Shown here piece by piece: positions 1-13,111 of a stretch of 64,000 bases of DNA; within the stretch, counting starts at the first letter, position 1; each line of letters starts with the position of its first letter. The notes beneath the pieces were generated by a model that saw only the letters and a list, made by a program, of their open reading frames with translations, did no database searches and was not told the origin of the DNA. Both the position numbers and the translations under genes were made by a program. The stretch is from positions 224,001 through 288,000 of the forward strand of contig CAWFKQ010000005.1 of assembly GCA_963816395.1 (NCBI GenBank), given 5' to 3'. This DNA is from an uncultured delta proteobacterium. Its GTDB lineage: Bacteria; Desulfobacterota; Desulfuromonadia; Desulfuromonadales; JACZKF01.

Positions 1-138
1 GTCTCCAGTCGCAGTGAACGCGATGGTTCAGGGTTTCCCTATTTTCTGCGCCCGGACTGGGCTCCATCCAGTCAAGCGCCAGCACCACTGTCAGCAGGAA
101 GATGGTCACGCCCTTCGCTCTCCCTTCCGTCTCTTCAA

Positions 139-1017
139 TCAAACGGACCCCGATATACTCTCCCGCCGCAAGCGGATTACCCCTTCCTGGGCAACCGAGG
201 CGATCAACCGGCCGTCGCGAGCAAAGATGCTCCCCCGCCCCAGACCGCGGCCATTGCCGGCACTCGGGCTGTCCATGGCATAAAGGAGCCAGTCATCTAT
301 GCGGAAAGGGCGGTGGAACCACATGGCGTGATCGAGGCTGGCCGCTTGCACCTCCGGCTGAAAAAAAGAAACCCCATGCGGCAGCAGAGCGGTGCCGAGC
401 AAGGTGAAGTCTGAACAGTAGGCCAGGATGGCCTGGTGAACAGCGATCGGATCGGGAAGTGCCCCCACGGTGCGAAGCCACACATGCTGAAATGGCGCGT
501 GCCGTTCAGGGTTGAGAGGATCGAGTACCTGTACCGGACGCAGCTCGACAGGACCTTCAGCGGTCAGGGTCTCCCGCAGGCGAGCGGGAATCCGGTCCAT
601 CACCTGCCGACGCAGTTCGAGGGTCGAGAGCAGGCCCTCAGGGCCTGGGACCTCCGGCATGGGGGCTTGATGTTCAAACCCCTTTTCCGCGACCTGGAAG
701 GAAACCGACATGTTAAAAATTGGCCGGCCATGCTGAATGGCGACTACCCGACGGGTGGCAAAACTTCGGCCATCCCGTATCCGTTCGACCTCGTAGATTA
801 TCGGCGCCTGGAGATCACCGGGACGCAGGAAATAGGCATGCAGCGAATGGGCCTGACGCCCCTCAACCGTCTGCTCGGCGGCAATCAGGGCCTGCCCGAG
901 GACCTGGCCGCCGAAGACGCTTTTTCCACCGATATCCCGGCTTTCCCCGCGGAACAGATTGTCTTCCAGTCGCTCGAGACTGAGGTGGCTGAGCAGGTCC
1001 TGAACAAGATCACTCAT
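139..1017 (-). CDS. tesB: Acyl-CoA thioesterase II
   Basis: VFGGQVLGQAL, HSLHAYFLRPG, ASLDHAMWFHRPF and ASVAQEG motifs; 292 aa. Confidence 0.95.
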   Translation of the reverse strand: MSDLVQDLLSHLSLERLEDNLFRGESRDIGGKSVFGGQVLGQALIAAEQTVEGRQAHSLHAYFLRPGDLQAPIIYEVERIRDGRSFATRRVVAIQHGRPIFNMSVSFQVAEKGFEHQAPMPEVPGPEGLLSTLELRRQVMDRIPARLRETLTAEGPVELRPVQVLDPLNPERHAPFQHVWLRTVGALPDPIAVHQAILAYCSDFTLLGTALLPHGVSFFQPEVQAASLDHAMWFHRPFRIDDWLLYAMDSPSAGNGRGLGRGSIFARDGRLIASVAQEGVIRLRRESISGSV

Positions 1018-1136
1018 GGAGAGCTTCCTCTCTTCTCAAAAATTCAAATCCATGGGGAGGATTAATGAAAATAGCGTTCCCTGATCGCTGCTGTCAATGC
1101 AAAAGCCGCCGCTTCCGACTAGCGGTTCTAATGTTT

Positions 1137-1532
1137 TCAGTGCCTTCTTTCCCCTGCCCCGAGACGCTCCAGCCATTTTTTCAACATCTCGATCACCCGG
1201 CTCGCCTCGCGCACATTGAGCCGCCGCAGGTCATCCTTGCCGGTGGCGTGCTCGATGAACGCCGTTAACGCCGCCTCATCGTGGTGTCCGATTGCGCCGA
1301 CGGCGGCGAGCCGATTCCACAGGACGTGAATGAGGCCGCGCTGACCGAAAGAGGCGGGGCGCCATCCCTTCTGCCTAAACAGGTCGATTAAGTCGGCGGC
1401 CTGGCTGCCGGTGAGCTCCGCAGCCGACTCCTTGTGGTAGCGATCCCAGAGCACACCGCGGTAGGTGGCGTCGTCCAGCCCCAGTTCCTTAATGGCGATG
1501 TGGATTTTAGCGAGATCGCTGCGGTTTGGCAT
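1137..1532 (-). CDS. Phage Mu Gp16/GemA-like (DUF1018) protein
   Basis: LAKIHIAIKELGLDDATYR N-terminus and ASRVIEMLKKW C-terminus typical of GemA/DUF1018. Confidence 0.8.
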   Translation of the reverse strand: MPNRSDLAKIHIAIKELGLDDATYRGVLWDRYHKESAAELTGSQAADLIDLFRQKGWRPASFGQRGLIHVLWNRLAAVGAIGHHDEAALTAFIEHATGKDDLRRLNVREASRVIEMLKKWLERLGAGERRH

Positions 1533-1722
1533 CGGTAAAGCCCCTGCTTGTCTCTACAACTATAAACCCTTGCCGGTGCCAGGGCAAAAGGACCAGCTGA
1601 GGATCAGGGACCGGCCGATCCCCAAATGGCCTAAATGGTCAAAAAGGGACCGAAATACCTTGAAACTGCTGAATTTAACATGCTATAAGGAAAATGCATT
1701 TTTCCTAATTCCAGGGGAAACC

Positions 1723-4329
1723 ATGGACTTGCCATCTCACTTCTCGACCGGACTAAAAGGGCTGGACCGTATACTTGACGGTTTACGGATCGGCGACAAC
1801 GTTGTCTGGAATATCAACAGTATTCGCGACTACCGCTTTTTTGTCGGCCCTTTCGTCCGCAACGCCCTGCGGGAAGAAAAAAAAATCGTTTACATGCGTT
1901 TCGGTCAGCATGACCCCCTGGTAAATGCCGGTCCCAATGTGATCGTTTATAAACTGGACGCCTACCGTGGTTTCGAGTCCTTTGCCGCCAGGGTCCACTC
2001 CATCATCACCAGCGAAGGACGCGGCGCCTTCTATGTGTTCGACTGTCTGTCCGACCTGCTTTCTGCCTGGGCGACGGACTTGATGATCGGCAACTTTTTT
2101 CAGGTCACCTGCCCTTACCTGTTCGAACTCGATACCGTGGCATACTTCGCGGTGATGCGTGGAAGCCATTCCTACAAGACGGTTGCCCGCATTCGGGAAA
2201 CCACCCAGGTACTGCTCGCTATCCGTAGCAACCAGGGGGATACCTACATCCATCCCCAGAAGGTCTGGCAACGGCACTCCCCTACCATGTTCCTGCCCCA
2301 TTTCAAAAAGGGAGAAGAATTCATACCGGTCGTCGACAGCTATGAAGCGACTAACCTGCTGGCCAACATCCGCCGGCGGGAGACGGAAAGCGCCAGGCGT
2401 CAGCTCGACTATTGGGACCGCCTCTTCCTGCAGGCCGAAGACTTGGCGGAGGCGCCACCGCAGAGCGAGGAATATCGGCAGATGCTCGGTCGTCTCTGCC
2501 GGGTCCTGATTGGCCGGGAGGACCGCATACTTACCCTGGCCCAAAGAAACTTCTCCCTATCCGACCTCCTCGACATCAAATCACGGATGATCGGAACCGG
2601 CTTCATCGGCGGCAAGGCCGTCGGCATGCTGTTGGCCCGCAATATCCTGCTGCATGATCCTTCCTTCGATTGGGGGCGTCACCTCGAAGCGCACGATTCC
2701 TTCTACGTCGGCTCAGATGTCTACTATTCCTTTTTCGTCCACAACGGCTGGTGGAAACTGCTGATGCAGCAGAAATCTCCCGATGGCTATTTTGAGGTCG
2801 CCGCGGAACTGCGGGAAAAAATGCGGCAAGGGACCTTTCCCGAAGAAATCCGGGAAGAGTTCCAGAAAATGCTCGAATATTTCGGCCAATATCCCATTAT
2901 CATCCGCTCCAGCAGCCTTCTCGAAGACAGCTTCGGCAATGCGTTCGCCGGCAAGTACGAAAGCTTTTTCTGCGTCAACCAGGGCTCGCCCGAACAGCGC
3001 TACGCGCAACTGGAAGAGGCCGTACGCAACATTTTCGCCAGCACCATGAGTGAAGACGCACTGTCTTACCGCCTACAACGAGGGCTCGACCGCCAGGAGG
3101 AGCAGATGGCCCTGCTCATTCAGCGGGTTTCCGGTGCCTATCGGAAGCACTTCTACTTTCCGGAACTGGCGGGAGTTGGGGTTTCCTACAACACTTTCGT
3201 CTGGAGCCGGGATATGGACCCTCGGGCGGGCATGCTGCGCCTGGTCCTCGGTCTGGGAACCCGGGCCGTCGACCGGGTGGAAGGAGATTACCCCCGGATT
3301 GTCGCCTTGGATGCTCCACTGAAAAGGCCTCACAAGGGCTTTGAAGATACCCGCCGTTTCTGCCAACGGGAAGTGGACCTGCTCAACATTGAAACCGATT
3401 CCCTGGAGACCGTTCCATTCCGGGATTTGACCAATGAAGGCATCGGGCTGGAATTGGATCGTTATGCGGTCCGCGACCACGAAACAATCCGCAAGCTCGC
3501 GGAGCGCGGCGCCAAAGGGCAACAGGTCTGGCTGCTCACCTTCGACTGGCTGTTGTCCAACACGCATTTCCCCGAGCTCATGCAGCGCCTGCTCAAGACC
3601 CTGGAGACCGCGTACCAGTACCCGGTGGACGTGGAATTCACCCTCAATTACTCCCATGATGACCAGATTCGCATCTGCCTCGTACAATGTCGCCCATTGC
3701 AGACCAGAGGAGAAGTACAGCAAAGGATCGAACTGCCCAAGGAGGTACCGGAGAATAATCTGTTCCTCCGCTCTGAAGGATATTTCATGGGGGGCAGCGT
3801 CTCCCTGCCGATAGGCCGTATTATCCTTGTCGACCCGGAAGCCTACAGCCGTCTCCCCCTGACCGAAAAATACGATGTAGCGCGGTTGGTCGGCAGGTTG
3901 AACAAACGACTCAACCGGACAGAAACTTCAGCCATGCTGCTTGGACCTGGTCGCTGGGGAACCTCCACCCCTTCCCTCGGCGTACCGGTCACCTTTTCTG
4001 AAATAAACAATTTCGCCGCCCTCGGGGAAATTGCCTTCAGCGGCGGCGGCCTGATGCCCGACCTCTCCTTCGGCACCCATTTCTTCCAGGATCTGGTGGA
4101 AGCGGACATCTTTTACCTGGCACTTTTCCCGGATCTGAAAACCTGCTTCTTGAACCGCAGATGGCTGGATACCCTGCCTAACGCCCTTGAAGGTTTCATG
4201 CCCTCCAGCAGCCGGTACAAAACTGTGGTAAAAGTCTATCAGTTTCCCGGAGAAGGCATGCGCCTGATGGCCGATATCGTCTCCCAGGAAGTCCTCTGTT
4301 TCCGGCAGGATGAAAGGATTGATTGTTAG
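1723..4329 (+). CDS. PPDK/PEP-synthase nucleotide-binding (ATP-grasp) domain protein with RecA/KaiC-like N-terminus
   Basis: GGKAVG, RSSSLLED..FAGKY and PVDVEF..VQCRP motifs; start moved to ATG 1723 after GGGGA RBS; N-terminal STGLKGLDRILDGLRIGD. Confidence 0.85.
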   Translation: MDLPSHFSTGLKGLDRILDGLRIGDNVVWNINSIRDYRFFVGPFVRNALREEKKIVYMRFGQHDPLVNAGPNVIVYKLDAYRGFESFAARVHSIITSEGRGAFYVFDCLSDLLSAWATDLMIGNFFQVTCPYLFELDTVAYFAVMRGSHSYKTVARIRETTQVLLAIRSNQGDTYIHPQKVWQRHSPTMFLPHFKKGEEFIPVVDSYEATNLLANIRRRETESARRQLDYWDRLFLQAEDLAEAPPQSEEYRQMLGRLCRVLIGREDRILTLAQRNFSLSDLLDIKSRMIGTGFIGGKAVGMLLARNILLHDPSFDWGRHLEAHDSFYVGSDVYYSFFVHNGWWKLLMQQKSPDGYFEVAAELREKMRQGTFPEEIREEFQKMLEYFGQYPIIIRSSSLLEDSFGNAFAGKYESFFCVNQGSPEQRYAQLEEAVRNIFASTMSEDALSYRLQRGLDRQEEQMALLIQRVSGAYRKHFYFPELAGVGVSYNTFVWSRDMDPRAGMLRLVLGLGTRAVDRVEGDYPRIVALDAPLKRPHKGFEDTRRFCQREVDLLNIETDSLETVPFRDLTNEGIGLELDRYAVRDHETIRKLAERGAKGQQVWLLTFDWLLSNTHFPELMQRLLKTLETAYQYPVDVEFTLNYSHDDQIRICLVQCRPLQTRGEVQQRIELPKEVPENNLFLRSEGYFMGGSVSLPIGRIILVDPEAYSRLPLTEKYDVARLVGRLNKRLNRTETSAMLLGPGRWGTSTPSLGVPVTFSEINNFAALGEIAFSGGGLMPDLSFGTHFFQDLVEADIFYLALFPDLKTCFLNRRWLDTLPNALEGFMPSSSRYKTVVKVYQFPGEGMRLMADIVSQEVLCFRQDERIDC

Positions 4330-4362
4330 GCTGATGCATTGGTGATTTTAAGAAGAAAAAAG

Positions 4363-4395
4363 CAAAAGGCCCGGCAAACCGCCGGGCCTTTTGCT
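4363..4395. terminator. Bidirectional intrinsic terminator between the PPDK-like gene and gdhA
   Basis: AAAAGGCCCGGC-aaacc-GCCGGGCCTTTT hairpin between convergent genes. Confidence 0.85.
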
Positions 4396-4417
4396 TAAAG
4401 CACGGGCCACCTTTTGC

Positions 4418-5791
<1,374 letters not shown>

Positions 5792-6120
5792 TTATTTGCA
5801 GCTGAGCCTAAATTTTATCCAGAATGTGTGCCAATTTGCCTATTTTTTCACAGGTAACATCTATCCGGCCGATTCATAATGGAAAAATATAATTTAATCC
5901 AATAGACCGACCGCCTGTGCAATGCCGATTTTGGTATTCTCGTTACTCAACAGGTTACTCAACCCCTGAACCTGAATCCGGAGGAACATCAGGCCGGCTG
6001 GTGTCGGGCGAGCAGGAAATGATGGGTGAGCGGGGCGGCTGAGGAATTTGCGGGGCGGCTGAAGGAAAATGGGAAAAGGCGGGGAGTGTCCAGCTTCTCG
6101 CGAACATCCCGCCTCACGAA

Positions 6121-6166
6121 AAAAAAGCAGCTCCGGTCGCGGGGAATCCCTGCGAAACCGGAGCTG
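6121..6166 (-). terminator. Terminator downstream of tRNA-Gly
   Basis: CAGCTCCGGT...ACCGGAGCTG stem followed by a U-run on the minus strand. Confidence 0.6.
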
Positions 6167-6181
6167 ACATTTTGTTTTAAC

Positions 6182-6256
<75 letters not shown>

Positions 6257-6281
6257 TTGGGATGTTTCGCAAGCGCCGATA

Positions 6282-6310
6282 TTAATAACAAAAGGGCTCG
6301 GGCAAGTCAA
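6282..6310 (-). promoter_or_regulatory. Sigma70-like promoter for tRNA-Gly
   Basis: TTGACT-17-TATTAA on the minus strand. Confidence 0.55.
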
Positions 6311-6348
6311 CAGGAAATTATGAAAAAAATCGCTTTCCGGTGTCGCTG

Positions 6349-6936
6349 TCAGCGAGCAAAAACCTTAAAAAATTTAGCAAGATAGTCGACTCCCGACCAG
6401 AGGGTCACCACCAGAGCGATCCAGAAGAAAAAAATTCCCATGTGGTGCATCGTGGCATGAAAGATTTCCAGCCGCAGGCCGAACAGCCAGTAATAGTCGT
6501 AATGCAGCAGCAGCCCGACAATGGCCACCATCTGAAAAATGGTTTTGTATTTTCCCAGGTCGCTGGCGGCGATGATGATCCCTTCGGAAGAGGCAATCGA
6601 CCGCAATCCTGTGACAACCATCTCGCGCGCCAGGATGAGGAAAACGGCCCAGGCGGGAACCCGGCCAAGGGGTATCAGCATGATCAGGGCAGCCATGACG
6701 ATCAACTTGTCAGCCAGCGGGTCGAGGAACTTGCCGAGGACGGTGACGATTTGCCACCGCCGCGCCAGCCAGCCATCGAGCCAATCGGTCATGGCGGCGG
6801 CCCCGAAGGTGACCGCCGCCCAGAAGCCGGCAGCCCGGCTGTCGGAAAGCAGGAGAATAACCACGGCCGGCACGGCGGCGATGCGAGCTAAAGTCAAAAG
6901 GTTGGGAAGATTGAGCAGACCCGTGCGGAAATTCAT
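6349..6936 (-). CDS. pgsA: CDP-diacylglycerol--glycerol-3-phosphate 3-phosphatidyltransferase
   Basis: NLPNLLTLARI and DWLDGWLARR...GKFLDPLADK CDP-alcohol phosphotransferase motif. Confidence 0.95.
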   Translation of the reverse strand: MNFRTGLLNLPNLLTLARIAAVPAVVILLLSDSRAAGFWAAVTFGAAAMTDWLDGWLARRWQIVTVLGKFLDPLADKLIVMAALIMLIPLGRVPAWAVFLILAREMVVTGLRSIASSEGIIIAASDLGKYKTIFQMVAIVGLLLHYDYYWLFGLRLEIFHATMHHMGIFFFWIALVVTLWSGVDYLAKFFKVFAR

Positions 6937-7511
6937 AAAAGGGTATCTTTTTCCTGACGGTAATCGAACAGGAACTTCTTCACCCGTTCCACATAGGTGC
7001 GGGTCTCCTCGAAAGGAGGAATCCCGCCGTAGTGGTGCACAGTGCCGGGGCCGGCGTTGTAAGCGGCGAGAGCGAGGTCCAGGTCGCCTCCGAATTCATT
7101 GAGCATCTGTCGCAGGTAGCGGCTGCCGCCACGGATATTCTCTTCCGGATTTAAAGGATTGGCGACCTGCATCTCGCGGGCAGTCTCCGGAATCAGCTGC
7201 ATGATGCCGACGGCTCCTTTCTCCGAAACTGCCCGTGGATCGAAATTGCTCTCGGCCTTGATCACGGCCCGGATGAGGGCCTCTTCCAACTGAAAAAGAG
7301 AGGCACAGTGCCTGATGGTCTCCGCCACCGTGCTGCCGTGGTGGGTTTCTCTCCGGTAGAGGGAGAACTGGGGGCCATTCGGCGTATTGGTAAAATGGAC
7401 GGTGCCATTGGCGTCCACGTACCGATAAATGTCGGCGCACCCGTTTTGCGGCATCCCGAGCAACAGGCCGAGACCGAGGCCAAGCAGGGCATATTTCGCC
7501 TTACATTTCAT
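6933..7511 (-). CDS. Lytic transglycosylase (SLT) with DUF4124-like N-terminus
   Basis: Signal peptide; IYRYVDANGTVHFTN; AESNF, GAVGIMQL and AAYNAGPG SLT motifs. Confidence 0.9.
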   Translation of the reverse strand: MKCKAKYALLGLGLGLLLGMPQNGCADIYRYVDANGTVHFTNTPNGPQFSLYRRETHHGSTVAETIRHCASLFQLEEALIRAVIKAESNFDPRAVSEKGAVGIMQLIPETAREMQVANPLNPEENIRGGSRYLRQMLNEFGGDLDLALAAYNAGPGTVHHYGGIPPFEETRTYVERVKKFLFDYRQEKDTLL

Positions 7512-7729
7512 TGAATTTCCCGTAATGACAGGGTCAGACTATAGCTGAAAAAAACCTGTATTTCAACCGGCTTAGCAAAGGCAAAAGGCTTGACAAGCCT
7601 CGGAGCGGGCATAATAATGGGCGCTTACCGATCCCGATCCGCCACCGGATTCTCTTGGGCGGAACCTTGCAAGAGAAAGACCAATTTCTTCGGCGAAAGC
7701 TCTCAGGCTCTACCAGCGAGGCTGTTCCT

Positions 7730-9328
7730 ATGAAAACCAAGTCGGATTTTCTGGTCATCGGCAGCGGCATTGCCGGCCTTTCGTATGCTCTGAAAATGGC
7801 CGAATACGGTACCGTCGCCATCATCACCAAGCGCGAAATCGCGGAAACCGCTACCAACCTGGCCCAGGGCGGCATCGCCGCGGTCACCTCGGCCGAAGAC
7901 TCCTTTGAGGCGCATGTCCAGGATACCATGGTCGCCGGTGCCTACCTTTCGCACCCGGAGGTGGTGCGGATGATCGTGGAAAGCGCGCCGGAGGCGATCA
8001 GCGACCTGATCAACTGGGGCGTGCAGTTCACCAGGAAGGATGACAATACCTACGACCTCACCCGCGAAGGGGGCCACAGCCAAAGGCGCATCCTGCACGC
8101 CCAGGACATCACCGGCCGGGAAGTCGAACGCGCTCTGGTAGAAGCGGTCCGCCGGCATCCCGCCATCGCCATCTACGAGCACCATGTGGCGGTCGACCTC
8201 ATCACCGAAGCCAAGGTCACCCACCGGCGACTGCGTCCCGACCGCTGCCTGGGCGCATACGTGCTCGACACCCGGGCCAACGAGGTGGTTACCTTCGGCG
8301 CCCACATCACCGTTCTCGCCACCGGCGGTGCCGGCAAGGTTTATCTCTACACCTGCAATCCCGATATCGCCACCGGGGATGGGGTGGCGATGGCCTATCG
8401 CGCCGGCGCCACCATCGCCAACATGGAGTTCATGCAGTTTCATCCCACTACCCTCTACCATCCGCATGCCAAGTCCTTTCTCATCTCCGAGGCGGTGCGG
8501 GGCGAAGGAGCGGTCCTTCGGCGCCGCGACGGCACGGCCTTCATGGACCAGTATCACGAAATGAAGGATCTCGCTCCACGGGATATCGTCGCCCGGGCCA
8601 TCGACAACGAGATGAAGGTGCGCGGCGACGACTGTGTTTTCCTCGACATCACCCACCGCGGCGCCGACTATATCCGGGACCGTTTTCCCAATATTTATGA
8701 AACTTGCCTCGGCTACGGTATCGACATGACCCGCGAACCGCTGCCGGTGGTTCCCGCCGCTCATTACCTGTGCGGCGGGGTCAAGGTCGACCTCTGGGGC
8801 GAATCTGATATCCGCAACCTTTTTGCCATCGGCGAGGTCTCCTGCACCGGTCTGCATGGTGCGAACCGCCTGGCCAGCAACAGTCTGCTGGAGGGGGTGG
8901 TATACGCCGATCGGGCGGCCAGACGCTCCCGGGAACGGCTGACGGAATCCGTCCCCCCTTTCCCGCCCATCAAACCATGGGATCCAGGGAGCGCCCGCAA
9001 CAGCGATGAGGAAGTGGTGGTCGCCCATAACTGGGATGAAATTCGCCGCTGCATGTGGAATTACGTCGGGATCGTCCGCTCCAGCAAACGCCTGGTGCGC
9101 GCCCTGCGGCGGGTGCAGATGATCCAGGAGGAGATCACCGACTATTACTGGGATTTCTACATCACATCCGATCTCATCGAGTTGCGCAACATCGCCGTAG
9201 TGGCGGAACTGATCATCCGCTGCGCCCTGGAACGGCAGGAAAGCCGGGGGCTGCACTACACCATCGACTACCCGCAGTCCGACGATATCCATTGGCAGCA
9301 CGACACGATCATCCGCAAGAATTTTTAA
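7730..9328 (+). CDS. nadB: L-aspartate oxidase
   Basis: [41 protein letters not shown] and ESRGLHY motifs; start at MKTKSD. Confidence 0.96.
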   Translation: MKTKSDFLVIGSGIAGLSYALKMAEYGTVAIITKREIAETATNLAQGGIAAVTSAEDSFEAHVQDTMVAGAYLSHPEVVRMIVESAPEAISDLINWGVQFTRKDDNTYDLTREGGHSQRRILHAQDITGREVERALVEAVRRHPAIAIYEHHVAVDLITEAKVTHRRLRPDRCLGAYVLDTRANEVVTFGAHITVLATGGAGKVYLYTCNPDIATGDGVAMAYRAGATIANMEFMQFHPTTLYHPHAKSFLISEAVRGEGAVLRRRDGTAFMDQYHEMKDLAPRDIVARAIDNEMKVRGDDCVFLDITHRGADYIRDRFPNIYETCLGYGIDMTREPLPVVPAAHYLCGGVKVDLWGESDIRNLFAIGEVSCTGLHGANRLASNSLLEGVVYADRAARRSRERLTESVPPFPPIKPWDPGSARNSDEEVVVAHNWDEIRRCMWNYVGIVRSSKRLVRALRRVQMIQEEITDYYWDFYITSDLIELRNIAVVAELIIRCALERQESRGLHYTIDYPQSDDIHWQHDTIIRKNF

Positions 9329-9340
9329 GGGGAGTCTTTC

Positions 9341-9613
9341 TTGGATATCGATGCCATACGCCAGGAGATCGACCGACTGGATGGTGAACTGTTGCGGATT
9401 TTCAATGAGCGGGCGGCTCTGGCACTGAAAATAGGGGAGATCAAGAAGGAAAGAGGTCTGGCTGTCTACGATCCGGGGCGGGAGAAGAAAATCTTCGAAC
9501 GAATGCAGGCGGGCAACCCTGGCCCGCTCGACAATGGGGCCATTGTCCGGCTTTTCGAGCGCGTCATCGACGAATCACGACGCCTGGAGCGCATCCGGAC
9601 CAAAGGATACTAG
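9341..9613 (+). CDS. Stand-alone AroQ chorismate mutase
   Basis: IRQEIDRLD...RAALALKIGEIK...YDPGRE pattern; 90 aa. Confidence 0.9.
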   Translation: MDIDAIRQEIDRLDGELLRIFNERAALALKIGEIKKERGLAVYDPGREKKIFERMQAGNPGPLDNGAIVRLFERVIDESRRLERIRTKGY

Positions 9614-9614
9614 C

Positions 9615-9824
9615 ATGCTGATCGTCATGAAAAGAACCGCCGGCGAACAGGACCTGCAGGAAATAAAAAAATACCTGATCGATCGCGATTACGATTTTCA
9701 CCAGTCAACCGGCGCCGACCGGGTCATCCTGGGCGTCATCGGCGACACCGCCGCCATCAACCGTCAGGAGTTGCGCAGCCTGCCGGGAGTGCTGGAGGTA
9801 TTCAAGATTCCGGAAGAGGAGTGA
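9615..9824 (+). CDS. Stand-alone DAHP-synthase ferredoxin/ACT-like regulatory domain protein
   Basis: MLIVMK...HQSTGADRVILGVIGD...LPGVLEV resembles the N-terminal domain of type I-beta DAHP synthases; 69 aa; ATG follows the chorismate mutase stop after a 1-nt gap. Confidence 0.75.
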   Translation: MLIVMKRTAGEQDLQEIKKYLIDRDYDFHQSTGADRVILGVIGDTAAINRQELRSLPGVLEVFKIPEEE

Positions 9825-9830
9825 AGCGTA

Positions 9831-9952
9831 GGCTAGAGGCACGAGGCTAGCGGCTAGAGGGACAATCCAAAACCCCGATAGCGAATGTTAAAGGGCGCCG
9901 AAAACGGCGCCCTTTCGCATTTCCTCTAGCCTCTTGCCCCTAGCCTCTAGCC
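9831..9952. repeat. Inverted pair of heptamer tandem arrays around a terminator hairpin
   Basis: GGCTAGA-like x4 at 9831-9860, complementary CCTCTAG-like x4 at 9923-9952; AAGGGCGCCG-aaaa-CGGCGCCCTT hairpin in between. Confidence 0.75.
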
Positions 9953-10505
9953 GACGATTTGCGTCCGGGTGAAGACCGCCCGCAGGGCCATCCCCTCCCC
10001 TTCTATGTTTTCCCGGGCGCCTTCCTCGCGGTCGACCAGGGTGACGATGCCGACCACCTCCAGCCCTTCCTGGCGGGCCCGTTCCACGGCTTTCATCGAG
10101 GAGCCGCCGGTGGTGGTGACGTCTTCGACGATCACCACCCGGGAACCGGCCGGCAGGTTCTTGCGCCCCTCCAGCCACTGGCCGGTGCCGTGCCCCTTCG
10201 GCCTCCTTGCGGATGATGAAGGCCGCCACGGACTGGCCTTCAAGCTGAGCGGCAATGCTGGTGGCGGTGGCGATCGGGTCGGCACCGAGAGTCAGCCCGC
10301 CGACTCCCTGAATCGGCCCCGGAAACTGCTGTACTTCCTGCCAGAAGGCCTTGCCGACGAGCAGCCCGCCGCGGGCATGCAGGGTGGTCTGCTTGCCATC
10401 GAAATAGAAGTTGCTTTTGCGCCCGGAAGCCAGCGTAACCTCGCGCTCCTCATAGGACAGCTCCCGGATGATGCGCATCAGTTCGTCTCTTTCCGCCTTC
10501 GTCAT
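9947..10505 (-). CDS. pyrE: Orotate phosphoribosyltransferase (one apparent +1 frameshift near 10202)
   Basis: TLASGRKSNFYFD and GGLTLGADP in one frame; KGHGT and VVIVEDVTTTGGS in the next frame. Confidence 0.92.
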
Positions 10506-10600
10506 AAAATTCCTCCATGGGTATGAAATGTAGGGGCCGCATTGTGGGGTGCCCTTCGTTCGCTATGCAGGGCAGGGCACAAGGCCGCCCCTGCAGGATC

Positions 10601-12007
<1,407 letters not shown>

Positions 12008-12154
12008 CTATTTTTTACTCCGCTACGTGGGAAAAGTAAGACTTTTCGTTGGAGAAACGGGATATTGAGAACTTCACTGCTGCGCCATTTTTCTCGAAAA
12101 GCTTAACATACCCGCAGGGGGAAAAGATAGGGACCATCCCCCCCTTTCATCCCG

Positions 12155-12976
12155 CTACAGCTCATCCCGGATGAACCGCACGGCATTGCGGTAGAGCTGC
12201 AGCCCCATCCCCTCTTCCGGCAGGTCCGGATCGCGGCTCCAGCGGGGATGCTGGGTACGGCAGATGAAGGCTTCGGGATGGGGCATCAGGCCGAAGAGCC
12301 GGCCGCTCCGATCGCACAGGCCAGCAATTGCCCCCATTGAGCCGTTCGGGTTGAAGGGGAAATCGACGGCAGGCGCCCGATACTCAGGATCGGAATATTG
12401 CAGGGGGGCCAGGTGCTGTACTTCGATTTCCGCCAGCACCGCCTCGCTCTCGGTGACGAATTTCCCCTCCCCGTGCCGCACCGGCAGGTACAGACCGCGA
12501 ATTCCCCGGGTATAGACGCATGGGGAAGCGGGGTCCACCCGCAGGTGCACCCAGGTATCGATGAATCGGCCGCTGTCATTGAAAGTCAGGGTGGTGGTCT
12601 GACGCAGGCTCTGCGGATCGGGGAGCAGCCCCATCTTGACCATCAGCTGAAAACCGTTGCATACCCCCATAATCAGCTTGCCACCGGCGATGAAGCGCCG
12701 AAGCTGATCGACGAGATGTTCGCTGCTGCCGGCCACTGGCGCATGCAGCAGCCGGTTGGCCCCGGCCTTGGCGCTCCCCAGGTCGTCGCCATCGAGAAAG
12801 CCGCCGGCCAGGTTGAGAAAATGGTAGTCGTCCAGCCGCACCCGGCCGGCCAGCAGTTCGGCAATATGGACGATGTCCGCCGTATCGGCGCCAGCCAGGC
12901 GGCAGGCGTTGGCCACTTCCCGTTCGCAGTTGGTGCCATTGCCGGCAATAACGATGGCCCGGACGTGCTTTGCCAT
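12155..12976 (-). CDS. purQ: FGAM synthase glutamine amidotransferase subunit
   Basis: GTNCERE, GGFLDGD, GVCNGFQ, HGEG and MPHPE motifs; start at MAKHVRA. Confidence 0.93.
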   Translation of the reverse strand: MAKHVRAIVIAGNGTNCEREVANACRLAGADTADIVHIAELLAGRVRLDDYHFLNLAGGFLDGDDLGSAKAGANRLLHAPVAGSSEHLVDQLRRFIAGGKLIMGVCNGFQLMVKMGLLPDPQSLRQTTTLTFNDSGRFIDTWVHLRVDPASPCVYTRGIRGLYLPVRHGEGKFVTESEAVLAEIEVQHLAPLQYSDPEYRAPAVDFPFNPNGSMGAIAGLCDRSGRLFGLMPHPEAFICRTQHPRWSRDPDLPEEGMGLQLYRNAVRFIRDEL

Positions 12977-13019
12977 GATGCTCCTTACTGTATAAACAAG
13001 GCCTATGAATATGACCTTC

Positions 13020-13090
13020 GCGGAGGCGCGCAGGCGCGGAGAAGCAAACAAAATGCTTTTATTTTCTTTGCGTCTCTGCGTCTCCGCGTT
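13020..13090. repeat. Intergenic imperfect inverted repeat built from ~8-mer units
   Basis: CGCGGAGGCGCGCAGGCGCGGAGA...TTTGCGTCTCTGCGTCTCCGCG between purL and purQ. Confidence 0.55.
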
Positions 13091-13111
13091 AAAAGCCCTT
13101 GCGGCTGGCGG

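Noticed and set aside
1..108. Possible minus-strand gene start running off the left edge
   Set aside because: Too short to assign; no recognisable motif.
5818..5835. Sigma54 promoter for gdhA (TTGGCAC on the minus strand)
   Set aside because: The -24 element matches but the -12 reads CTGG rather than TTGC; not supportable from sequence alone.
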